Virus record (IMG/VR): IMGVR_UViG_3300037308_000199
Location: 1 to 38,140 of that record
Source of the DNA: a virus
Taxonomy: Duplodnaviria > Caudoviricetes
Strand: one strand, 5' to 3'
Length of the DNA: 38,140 nucleotides
The position numbers were made by a program, and so were the translations under genes. Positions within the stretch are counted from its first letter, which is position 1; each line of letters begins with the position of its first letter. A model generated the notes under the pieces. It did no database searches, was not told the origin of the DNA, and saw nothing but the letters and a program-made list of their open reading frames with translations. Positions 9,222 through 17,541 of this stretch are shown here, piece by piece.

Positions 9222-9801
9222 CACTACCGCCGATGACCGCATCAAGCAGGCCATCGAGGACGCGATCGAGTTCTACCGGGCACGCCGCCTGGGCTTCAAC
9301 CAGAAGCGCGCCACCACCAACACCGCCGCCGGGCAGGAGTTCTACTCGCTGCCCACCGACTTCCTGGAAGCGGACGCCCTCAGAATCGAGGAGCAGGCCA
9401 ACTACTACGAGCCGCTGGCCGAAGTCACGTTCGACTGGATAGACGAGCACAACGGGCGCGTTGACCACTACAGCGTGCCGGCCAAGTTCGCCGTCCAGAA
9501 CCGCGAGCTGCGGCTGTTCCCGATCCCGGACGGCACCTACGAGCTGCAGCTGTCCTACCTGTACGACCTGGGCGGAGTCTCCGCCAGCGCCTCGGATGGG
9601 GCCAGCAACGCCTGGACCGACGAGGCCGAGCAGCTGGTGCGCCTGCATGCCCAGGCCGACGTGCTGGAGCTGTACATCGGCGGCCAGGAGTCAGTCGTCG
9701 CCGCCCAGCTGCTGCGCGGCAAGGCAGCGGCCGTCTACAACGAGCTGAAGCGACGCGCTAACCGCGAGCAGTCCACCGGGAGGTTGAGACCATGGACCTG
9801 A
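9169..9801 (+). CDS. Head-tail adaptor protein, putative
   Basis: 210 aa; 'GQEFYSLPTDF', 'P-x-x-F.....L-x-L-x-P-x-PD-x-x-Y', 'NAW' typical of podophage adaptors; position after head module. Confidence 0.75.
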   Translation: MSTFGRMVQRIRSDLDRNTTADDRIKQAIEDAIEFYRARRLGFNQKRATTNTAAGQEFYSLPTDFLEADALRIEEQANYYEPLAEVTFDWIDEHNGRVDHYSVPAKFAVQNRELRLFPIPDGTYELQLSYLYDLGGVSASASDGASNAWTDEAEQLVRLHAQADVLELYIGGQESVVAAQLLRGKAAAVYNELKRRANREQSTGRLRPWT

Positions 9802-10454
9802 AAACCCCTGTCCTGACGGCCATCGAGAAAGTCACGCCACGCACCTGGGCGACGGTCGTCGCCCTGCTGGTCGCGCTGCTGCTGCTGACCTGGGGGGTCG
9901 CCGCGCTGGCGGCCGAGGCCAGCCTGACCTGGACCGCGCCCACCGCGCGCGAGAACGGTGCGCCGCTGGCGGCCGGCGAGCTGGCCGAGTACGAACTCGA
10001 ATGCACCGGCTTCACGCCCACCGGAGGCACGCGCGGGGCGTGCCCCATGCCACCCGTGAAGGCCCCCGGCACCGCTACCGGCGTGACAATGACCGGCACG
10101 ATCAGCCCCCTGGGCGGCACCGCCTACTTCCGGGCGCGGGTGAAGGACACGCTCGGCCTGTACTCGGCCTGGACCAGCGAGGCCAGCAAGGTGTTTGCGC
10201 CCAACCCGCCGCTGCCGCCGACGATAACCACCATCGCGGCCGTCGCCGGGATGCTGCAAGCGCCCGTGTTCAGCGTGACGGCAGCGGGCGCGCGCGGCAC
10301 CTACTTCGGCGTGATCGACCTGGGCAAGCCATGCACAGGCGCACCGCTGTTCACGTACCGCACCAAAGCGTTCTACCTGGTGGACCGGGCCGACGTGCGG
10401 CTATGGGGCTCGACCAGTCTGCGCCTCGCTGCCCCATGCCGCGTCGCGTCGTAA
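9792..10454 (+). CDS. Exported/membrane-anchored fibronectin-III-like protein
   Basis: 220 aa; hydrophobic N-terminal segment ending ALAAEA, then 'LTWTAPT-x-RENG-x-PL...YEL...YFRARVKD' FN3-like pattern; four Cys. Confidence 0.65.
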   Translation: MDLKTPVLTAIEKVTPRTWATVVALLVALLLLTWGVAALAAEASLTWTAPTARENGAPLAAGELAEYELECTGFTPTGGTRGACPMPPVKAPGTATGVTMTGTISPLGGTAYFRARVKDTLGLYSAWTSEASKVFAPNPPLPPTITTIAAVAGMLQAPVFSVTAAGARGTYFGVIDLGKPCTGAPLFTYRTKAFYLVDRADVRLWGSTSLRLAAPCRVAS

Positions 10455-10681
10455 AGCAGGGGACACGAAACGCTAGAGCCGGCCAGCGGCATTGCCAGGG
10501 CTGCCGGCGCTGGCGGCCGATTGCCGAGTTTATCGTCGAGGACTCACGCTCCGATCGCTATCCCATTTGCCCACAATGCAGGCTCATTGATGCTTGGTGG
10601 CGTACAGGCGTCGCAAGCAAACATCATGAGCATGGTTGCCGCTGCGCGCCGTGCGCTGATTATCGCAGGGCGCTAGCGTGA
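10436..10681 (+). CDS. Small Cys-rich (zinc-binding) protein
   Basis: 81 aa; CQGC, CPQC, H-G-CRC-x-x-C; stop overlaps next start (GTGA). Confidence 0.6.
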   Translation: MPRRVVKQGTRNARAGQRHCQGCRRWRPIAEFIVEDSRSDRYPICPQCRLIDAWWRTGVASKHHEHGCRCAPCADYRRALA

Positions 10682-13497
10682 CGATCAGCGTCGTACAAGA
10701 AGGCGCGCTTGTTAACGTCGATAACGCGGCGACCATTGCCGACTCGACGGCTAGCAACGTCACTTCTGGCAACCTTGTCGTCTTTGCAGTCTTTGGCTTC
10801 AGCACTGTAGCGCCTGCATTTGTTTCCGGCGACGTGACGCAGACAGCTGGTACTGCGACGGTCACGGATATCAGGCTTGATCGCACGCAAGAGTGGGAGG
10901 AGAGCACAAATAATTGGTTGTCCGTGGCGATCTTCTCAGCGGTCGTCACCGGCTCCGGAACACTGACGCTATCATGCGCCTTGCCGACGGGCAGTTACTA
11001 CTCAAGCACGCTTTGTGAGTACAGCACGTCGGGCTCGTGGCCGACCAGTGCGGCGCGGGTCGCGGACACCGACGGGCAGAATCAGACGACCGCTACGACC
11101 GCGTGGACGACGCCCGATGTCACGTCTAGTGGAGAGGCGCTATTTGTTGGCGGCGTATGTTCGAATAGCAGCACAAACCCGACGACCTACACGCCGGATG
11201 CGGCTTGGACGGAGATCATCGAGGAGACCGAAGGCGGTGCGGATCAGCCGGGCACGGTTATTCGGAGCATCGTCACAAGTGGTACGACGGATGCGGCGAG
11301 CGGTACGTGCAGCCAGACTGTACAGCATACATCGGCAGTCGTCGTCTACGCGCCGGCTACAGTAACTACTGACCAAGAAGGATTTCGGTTTGGCCTAGAC
11401 GATGGCAGCGAGTCTGCGCACACCTGGTCGCAGAACCAAGACACCAACGAGACCACGGCGCTTTCGATCACGCGCTTGCTGCGGCTACTCGTCAACGCCA
11501 CGGGCGATCCGGCCTCGGTCGCCTACACACTGCGCTATCAGAAAAATGGTGCCGGTGGATACACCGCCGTTCCGGTAGGGTCGAGCACGACCAGTTACAC
11601 CTCGCCGCCGGCTGCGCCGACTGGCACCGGTACGACGGTAGGCACGGCCGCGACAACGTGGAACATCACGCGCCCAAGCGCGTCGAGCGGCGATCTTGTG
11701 GTGTTCGTGGTCGCCTGGGACGACTCCACGACGACCGATACGGTGACTCCACCGGCCGGGCCGAACGGTGAGGCGGCGGTCAGCATCGCCGGGCCCGTGG
11801 CGTCGGCGAGCACTGAGATGCGGATGCAGGCGTGGTACTACGTAGCCACCGGCGCGTGGTCTGGCGGCACGTCGGGCTGGACGGCATCCGCGTCCGAAAC
11901 CTGCCGCGCCGTGACCTTCGTCATTCCGTCCGGGCAGTACAACGCAAGCGACCCGATAGGCTGGTCGAACACCCGAGCTTCAGCAGGCACGGCCGAGACT
12001 AGCGTCAACTCCCCGACGGGCACGACGGAATCGAATGATCTGAATGGTCGGATGTACATCGGCTTCGGGTCTGACGTAGACGCGCTTACCGCGCCGGGGT
12101 CCGACTGGAACACGATCAACAACGCGACCGGCGGTGGCGTCGGCTTGTGCGTCGGTAGTCGCAACACCCTTGCTAGTAACAGCGAATCGATCACGGCGTT
12201 GACGGCAACCATTGCCGGTGATTCATGGGCATCGCTCGCGTTCGTCGTCAAACCGTATTCGACCACTGTCACAAATCAAGTCTACATCAGCACCTCGGCC
12301 AACATCGCGGCCGGCGGCGAAGCGACCACGGCGCGCCTGAGTGCGCCGAGCGGCAAAAGCACCTCGGATTTCTTCACCGGGCGACGCTGGGACGACGAAA
12401 ACGGCAGTGATTCGACGGACATCACGACCGACGATTACAGTGAATTCGAGTGGTGCCTGACGGTCCAATCTCCGGCCGCCAACGGCGACTACTTCGATTT
12501 CAGGGTGTATTCGGGTGCCAATCAACTCAGCACATACGGCGTAACCCCGCGCTGGACGATTAGCACAAGCGCCGCAACCACGGTTTCGGCGGGGGCCGGG
12601 GCGGTCACGTTCACCGGCCAGGCTCCCACGATCATCAGCCGGGCGCTCACCCTGCCGGGCACCGCAACCGTCACCTTCGCCGGCCAGGCGGCAACCGCCA
12701 TCAGCATCGCGCTGGCGCTGCCTGGACAGGCCGCCGTCACCTTCACCGGCCAGGCGGCCACGGTCATCAGCACTGCCCTGGCCCTGCCTGGCCAGGCGCA
12801 GCCGGTCATCGCCGGCCAGGCCCCGACTGTTACCGCGGTGGGCGGCGATACGGTCACCGCCTCCCCCGGCGCTGCGGCCGTCACCATCGCCGGGCAGGCG
12901 GCCACCATCATCGCCAAGCTGCTGGCGCTGCCGGGCAATGCCTCGCCTGCGATTGCCGGGCAAGCGCCCACGGTGCTCTCGCGCACCCTGGCGCTTCCGG
13001 GGGCGGCTTCGGTGGTGGCCCAGGGCCAGGCGGCCACGGTCATCAGCACCGCCCTGGCGCTTCCCCAGCAAGCCCAGCTTGCGATCGCGGGGCAGGCCCC
13101 GACCGTCACCGCGACCTCGGCGGGAGTCTCGACGGCGCTGCCCGGGGCCGCGACCGTCACCTTCGCCGGCCAGGCCCCGGTCACGATCAGCCGCGCTGCG
13201 GCAGCTCCAGGGGCGGGGACGGTCACGGTCCAGGGCCAGGCCGCAAGAGCTGCGGCCCTCGTCGCCGCGGGTGCTGCGCCGGTGGTGGTCCAGGGCCAGG
13301 CCCCCTCGCTGTCAATCTTCTACACCGCGACGATCACGCCAGGCGCGGCGGCACTTATCGTCGAGGGGCAGGCTGTTATAGTAACCGCCGTTAGCGGATG
13401 GCAGGCCGTGCCGGCGGCTGGCGGTTCCTGGGCTGATGCAGCGGCATCGACCGGGGTATGGTCCGACGTGGCTAGTTCAGGGGGGAGCTGGGCCTAA
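10678..13497 (+). CDS. Large Ser/Thr-rich virion fibre/spike-like protein
   Basis: 939 aa; beta-rich N-terminal domains plus a C-terminal stalk of ~30-aa 'ALPG-x-A-x-V-x-x-x-GQA-x-T' repeats; within the tail module. Confidence 0.75.
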   Translation: MTISVVQEGALVNVDNAATIADSTASNVTSGNLVVFAVFGFSTVAPAFVSGDVTQTAGTATVTDIRLDRTQEWEESTNNWLSVAIFSAVVTGSGTLTLSCALPTGSYYSSTLCEYSTSGSWPTSAARVADTDGQNQTTATTAWTTPDVTSSGEALFVGGVCSNSSTNPTTYTPDAAWTEIIEETEGGADQPGTVIRSIVTSGTTDAASGTCSQTVQHTSAVVVYAPATVTTDQEGFRFGLDDGSESAHTWSQNQDTNETTALSITRLLRLLVNATGDPASVAYTLRYQKNGAGGYTAVPVGSSTTSYTSPPAAPTGTGTTVGTAATTWNITRPSASSGDLVVFVVAWDDSTTTDTVTPPAGPNGEAAVSIAGPVASASTEMRMQAWYYVATGAWSGGTSGWTASASETCRAVTFVIPSGQYNASDPIGWSNTRASAGTAETSVNSPTGTTESNDLNGRMYIGFGSDVDALTAPGSDWNTINNATGGGVGLCVGSRNTLASNSESITALTATIAGDSWASLAFVVKPYSTTVTNQVYISTSANIAAGGEATTARLSAPSGKSTSDFFTGRRWDDENGSDSTDITTDDYSEFEWCLTVQSPAANGDYFDFRVYSGANQLSTYGVTPRWTISTSAATTVSAGAGAVTFTGQAPTIISRALTLPGTATVTFAGQAATAISIALALPGQAAVTFTGQAATVISTALALPGQAQPVIAGQAPTVTAVGGDTVTASPGAAAVTIAGQAATIIAKLLALPGNASPAIAGQAPTVLSRTLALPGAASVVAQGQAATVISTALALPQQAQLAIAGQAPTVTATSAGVSTALPGAATVTFAGQAPVTISRAAAAPGAGTVTVQGQAARAAALVAAGAAPVVVQGQAPSLSIFYTATITPGAAALIVEGQAVIVTAVSGWQAVPAAGGSWADAAASTGVWSDVASSGGSWA
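12580..13400 (+). repeat. Degenerate ~90-bp coding tandem repeats (PG..GQA units)
   Basis: Recurring CCGGCCAGGC/GGGCCAGGC and GTCACCTTC; about nine GQA-containing units in the protein. Confidence 0.85.
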
Positions 13498-13511
13498 CAC
13501 AGGAGATACCG

Positions 13512-13943
13512 ATGGCCGCGGGCAACGTCGTCCTCTACAACCACGCGCTGGAGGACATCCTCAATGGTTCCCTGGATTGGGACAGCGTGACCGTCAGGTT
13601 GAGCCTGGTCAGCGCCGGGTACACCCCGAACGCCGCCAGCCATTCCAACTTCGATACGCAGGTTAGCTCGTTCCAGGTGGTGGCCAGCGGCTACGCCGAG
13701 CAGCTGCTGGCCGGCAAGAGCACGGCGCGCAGCTCCGGCTCGTTCGTGGTCCTGGATGCCACCGACTCGACTTTTTCCGCCAGCGTGGTGATGAGGGCCA
13801 AGTACGCGGTGGGCAGGCTCGACAACAACCGGCCCGTGTTCTACTGCGACCTGGAATCCGGCTCGACCACTGGCGTCGAGGCGACCATCGTCATCGTCAT
13901 CTGGAACGCTAACGGCCTGGTCAAGATCAGTAACCCGAACTAA
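13512..13943 (+). CDS. Virion structural protein (fibre-associated)
   Basis: 143 aa; RBS AGGAG; 'YN....ILNG-x-LDWD...L-x-LV...YTP...W-N-A-N-G' pattern common in phage structural modules. Confidence 0.7.
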   Translation: MAAGNVVLYNHALEDILNGSLDWDSVTVRLSLVSAGYTPNAASHSNFDTQVSSFQVVASGYAEQLLAGKSTARSSGSFVVLDATDSTFSASVVMRAKYAVGRLDNNRPVFYCDLESGSTTGVEATIVIVIWNANGLVKISNPN

Positions 13944-13957
13944 GAGGGGATCAGCCA

Positions 13958-14461
13958 ATGCCCCTCGAAACGGCCACTTACATCGCTGGGCTGGTCGATA
14001 CGAACCCGGATGGCGGGCTCGACGACCTGGCCACCGCGGACGATCACCTGCGCCTCATCAAGGCGTCCCTCAAGCGGACGTTCCCTGCGCTCGACGGGGC
14101 CGTGTCCGCCACCGCCGCGGAGATAAACCTGCTGCGCTCCGCGACGGCCAACATCCAGGCGCAAATCACCGCCCTGGTGAACGCCAGCGCGACCTACGCC
14201 TCGTCGGCCGGCTACGCCGCCTCGGCCGCTTTCGCCGCCTCGGCCGGCTACGCCGCCTCGGCCGGCTACGCCGCCTCGGCCGCCTATGCCGTGTCTGCGG
14301 GCCTGGCCGCATCAGCGGCGGCGCTCCTGGGCGGAGTCTCCACACACCGCGTGCTGTTCCACGACGCCGACTACTCTGGCGGCAGGGTGTTCGTCACGAC
14401 CGCTTCCCCGACCGCGAACGCCGGACAGGACGGGGATATCTGGTTCCGGTATTCGGCGTGA
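13958..14461 (+). CDS. Short tail fibre protein (N-terminal anchor domain)
   Basis: 167 aa; 'LET-x-TYI-x-x-LV-x-TNP...DDHLRLIK-x-x-LK-x-TFP' fibre anchor, YAASAG repeats, C-terminal 'GQDGDIWF-x-Y'. Confidence 0.78.
   Translation: MPLETATYIAGLVDTNPDGGLDDLATADDHLRLIKASLKRTFPALDGAVSATAAEINLLRSATANIQAQITALVNASATYASSAGYAASAAFAASAGYAASAGYAASAAYAVSAGLAASAAALLGGVSTHRVLFHDADYSGGRVFVTTASPTANAGQDGDIWFRYSA
14195..14320 (+). repeat. 18-bp coding tandem repeat (YAASAG)
   Basis: TACGCCGCCTCGGCCGGC-like unit repeated about 6-7 times with variation. Confidence 0.9.
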
Positions 14462-14943
14462 CCTCCAGGGTCAAAATCGGCGGCACCTGGCGACAGATCG
14501 ACCGCGCCTACGTGAAGGTGGGCGGGGCGTGGCGCGACTGCGGCCTGGCCTACGTGAAGGTGGGCGGGGCGTGGCGCGAGTGGCTGGAGGCGTTCCCTGC
14601 CTTCCTGACCGCGGCTTCGGGCGGGAGTGACGTGGTGGGGTATGACGCCGGGTATTACGGCACGCTGGTAGGCGATCCGCTGGGGGACGGCAATACCCTG
14701 ACCCTGCTGTACGACTACGAAGGCTCTGGCGCGGACTTCAATGTGGCCGTGAGCTGGGAGACCAGCGACCTTGGCGCGGCCTACCTGGAAAGCGTCGAGA
14801 TCAACGGGATCACCTACACCCGCAACGACGCCTACTACGTGGGCAGCAGCATGGCCGGCGGCCGTCGATTCTGGAACTGGGACGGCATCGAGCCCGGGCT
14901 GGTGGCTGGCGAGACCTACGGTGTTCGTATCAAGCGCACCTGA
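14458..14943 (+). CDS. Tail fibre-associated protein
   Basis: 161 aa; three VK(I/V)GG-x-WR repeats at N-terminus; GTGA overlap with fibre gene. Confidence 0.7.
   Translation: MTSRVKIGGTWRQIDRAYVKVGGAWRDCGLAYVKVGGAWREWLEAFPAFLTAASGGSDVVGYDAGYYGTLVGDPLGDGNTLTLLYDYEGSGADFNVAVSWETSDLGAAYLESVEINGITYTRNDAYYVGSSMAGGRRFWNWDGIEPGLVAGETYGVRIKRT
14506..14579 (+). repeat. Perfect 32-bp direct repeat (42-bp period)
   Basis: GCCTACGTGAAGGTGGGCGGGGCGTGGCGCGA at 14506..14537 and 14548..14579. Confidence 0.95.
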
Positions 14944-14945
14944 CC

Positions 14946-16484
14946 ATGAAGGCTTCATTCGACAACCTGGCGCAAGGCATCGCCCCGGACCAGCCGGGCT
15001 GGAACCTGCCGGACGGCACCTGGTCGGACGCGCGCAACGTGCGCTTCCGGGACGGGGCCGTGGAGCGCATGGACGGCCACGACCAGGCGCTAGGTGATCT
15101 TTCCGCCACCGCACTGTGGGCCGCCCAGATCAACAGCGGCACGACCGTCTATTGGGCCTACGGCAGCAAGACCGCCCTGTACGCCACGGACGGCTCGACG
15201 CACGCCAATGTCGGCAGCGCGAGCTTCAACGTGGGCGACGACCTGGCCTGGAACGGCGGCCCGTACAACGGCTACATGGTGGCGAATTGCGGCAGCGTCG
15301 CGCCGGTGACCTGGGCTCCTGCGCTGGCGAACAAGGCCGAGCCGCTGGTGAACTTCCCGGCCGGCGTGACGTGCAAGGTCATCCGCGCCTTCCGGAACTT
15401 CCTGGTGGCGCTGCGAATCACCGATGGCGGCGTCTACAACCCGCGGCTGATGCGCTGGGGATCAAGCGCCCTGGCCGGCGCGCTGCCGTCGAGCTGGGAC
15501 TACACCGATCCGGCCAACGACTCGGGCATCGCGGAGTTGGCGCAGACCAGCGACGCGCTGGTGGACTGCCTGCCGCTGCGCGACGTGAATTTTGTCTACA
15601 AGGAGCAGCACACCTGGCTGATGGAATACGTCGGCGGCAGCTCGGTGTTCGGCTTCCGGCAGGTGTTCAGCAACATCGGCATGCTGGCCGAGGACTGCGC
15701 CGCCTCGTTCCGCACCGGGCACCTGGTCCTGACCGATACCGACGTGGTGATCCACGACGGCAACCAGGCGGAATCGGTGGCCGATGGCAGGATGCGGCGC
15801 TGGCTGTTCAACCGCATCAGCACCAGCAGGTACAAGCGCTGTTTCGTGGTCGCCAATCATCGCGCGCGCGAGGCCTGGGTTTGCTTTCCGGAGGCCGGGT
15901 ACGACTGGTGCAATCTGGCCGCCGTATGGAGCTGGACTGACGGGCGCTGGACGGTGCGCGAGCTGAACCAGCCGCTGACGTTCGCCGCCTCTGGCGTGGT
16001 GCCGAGCGGCGCTGCGACGACCTTTGACGGGAGCACCGGCACGTTCGACGAGGCCACCGGGGCCTTCGACGACGCCAAGTACAGCGCCTTCCAGAGCCGC
16101 CTGCTGATGCTCGACTCCACGGCCATGCGCGCGTACCAGTCCGATGGCGGGCCGCTGTTCGGCGGGGCGACTCCGACCTGCTACGTGACCAGGAGCAGCC
16201 TCAACCTGGGCCGCGACGCGGACAGGCACAAGCGCGTCCTGCGAGTGTTCCCCAAGGTGCTCGGCACCACCGGCGAGGTCGTCAACGTCTACGTTGGCGC
16301 GCGCAGTATCACGGACGGCTCGGTGAGCTGGCGCGGACCGTACCCGTATGCCATCGGGGTTGATCGCAAGGTGGATGTCAGGGTCACCGCGCGGCTGATA
16401 GACATTCGATTCGAGTACGCCGGCACCGGCACGTTCCGGCTGTTCGGCTTCGATGTCGAGTTCGACCCGGCGGGCATCCGGTGA
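14946..16484 (+). CDS. Tail nozzle / DNA stabilisation protein (P22 gp10-like role)
   Basis: 512 aa beta-rich; 'LP...WSDARNVRF-x-DG' N-terminus, 'E-x-W-x-CFP', 'K-x-D-x-RV-x-x-R' C-terminus; precedes ejection genes. Confidence 0.78.
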   Translation: MKASFDNLAQGIAPDQPGWNLPDGTWSDARNVRFRDGAVERMDGHDQALGDLSATALWAAQINSGTTVYWAYGSKTALYATDGSTHANVGSASFNVGDDLAWNGGPYNGYMVANCGSVAPVTWAPALANKAEPLVNFPAGVTCKVIRAFRNFLVALRITDGGVYNPRLMRWGSSALAGALPSSWDYTDPANDSGIAELAQTSDALVDCLPLRDVNFVYKEQHTWLMEYVGGSSVFGFRQVFSNIGMLAEDCAASFRTGHLVLTDTDVVIHDGNQAESVADGRMRRWLFNRISTSRYKRCFVVANHRAREAWVCFPEAGYDWCNLAAVWSWTDGRWTVRELNQPLTFAASGVVPSGAATTFDGSTGTFDEATGAFDDAKYSAFQSRLLMLDSTAMRAYQSDGGPLFGGATPTCYVTRSSLNLGRDADRHKRVLRVFPKVLGTTGEVVNVYVGARSITDGSVSWRGPYPYAIGVDRKVDVRVTARLIDIRFEYAGTGTFRLFGFDVEFDPAGIR

Positions 16485-17089
16485 AGTACGAGCCCGCCCC
16501 TGGCCCGTCGAAGCTGGAGCACGTCCTGGAGTACCTGGCGCGCGAGTTGCGTCGCCTGGCCGGGCACACGCACGACGAGCCCTATTGGGACGACCTGCGC
16601 ACGCCAGCCACCGCGATCACCCCGCCAGGCCTGCCGTCCGACCCGCAGTGGGATACCAGCGCCGTCGGCTGGCTGTTCGACCAGGCCTCCCCAGAGCTGC
16701 TGCATATCGTCCTGCAGATGCCGCACACCTGGCGCGGCGGCACGATCCGCCCGCACGTCCATTGGGAGAAAACCACCAGCCTCAGCGGCTCGGTGGCCTG
16801 GCAGATCGCCTACCAGTGGTGCCGGGTGGGCGAGGCCAGGGACGCCGAGACGACCCTATCGGCGACGACGGTGGTGGCCTACACTGCGGCGGCCAACACG
16901 CACCTAATCACGAAGCTGGGCGACATCAGCGCCTCGGGCGCTGAAATCTCCGACATCCTGGTGGTGCGGCTGTCCAGGGACACGTCGAACCCCGGGGACA
17001 ACTACAGCGCCGACGCCAGGCTGCTGGAGTTCGACATCCACTACCAGGTGGACAGTCCTGGTTCCTTGTACGAGTACGTCAAGCGATGA
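16481..17089 (+). CDS. Tail-associated virion protein
   Basis: 202 aa; N-terminal 'LEYLARELRRLA' helix then beta-rich domain ('QMPH-x-W...PHVHW'); coupled to nozzle gene by GTGA. Confidence 0.6.
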   Translation: MKYEPAPGPSKLEHVLEYLARELRRLAGHTHDEPYWDDLRTPATAITPPGLPSDPQWDTSAVGWLFDQASPELLHIVLQMPHTWRGGTIRPHVHWEKTTSLSGSVAWQIAYQWCRVGEARDAETTLSATTVVAYTAAANTHLITKLGDISASGAEISDILVVRLSRDTSNPGDNYSADARLLEFDIHYQVDSPGSLYEYVKR

Positions 17090-17541
17090 CCACGCTGATC
17101 CGCAAGGTCCCGATGGAGTGGCTGCCGAGCCTGTGGCCGGAGCTGAAGCCCTGGGTGGCCAAGGCCATGCGCTATCACCCGTTCGTGGACGCGGACGACG
17201 TGCTGGTGCTGGCGATGAGCGGCCACCTGACCGTGTTTGTGGCCATCGTGGACGATCGCCTGGTCGGCACCTTCATGGTCGAGCTGTTGCGCTATCCGAA
17301 GCGGCTTGTGGCGAATATCATGGTGATCGGCGGCCGGCGCGGGAGCATGCGCCGGTGGCTGGATGAAATGCTGGGGGCCGTCGAGTCCTGGGCCATCGGC
17401 CTGGGATGCGAGGCCCTACAGGGCTTAGGGCGCGTGGGCTGGGCACGCAAGGCTGAATCCAGGCGGGAGGGATGGGAGACCATCCGTTACGCCGGACTTG
17501 CAAGGAGCCTGGCACATGAGCGGCGGCAAGGGCGGCGGTAG
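17086..17541 (+). CDS. GNAT-fold-like virion assembly protein, putative
   Basis: 151 aa; 'GG....W......E-x-WA...GC......GR-x-GW-x-R' pattern seen between tail and ejection genes of podophages. Confidence 0.6.
   Translation: MTTLIRKVPMEWLPSLWPELKPWVAKAMRYHPFVDADDVLVLAMSGHLTVFVAIVDDRLVGTFMVELLRYPKRLVANIMVIGGRRGSMRRWLDEMLGAVESWAIGLGCEALQGLGRVGWARKAESRREGWETIRYAGLARSLAHERRQGRR

Noticed and set aside
14506-14579. 32-bp repeat pair as mini-CRISPR or DGR template/variable repeat
   Set aside because: Only a 10-bp gap, in-frame peptide repeat, no adenine-specific differences and no reverse transcriptase in the genome.
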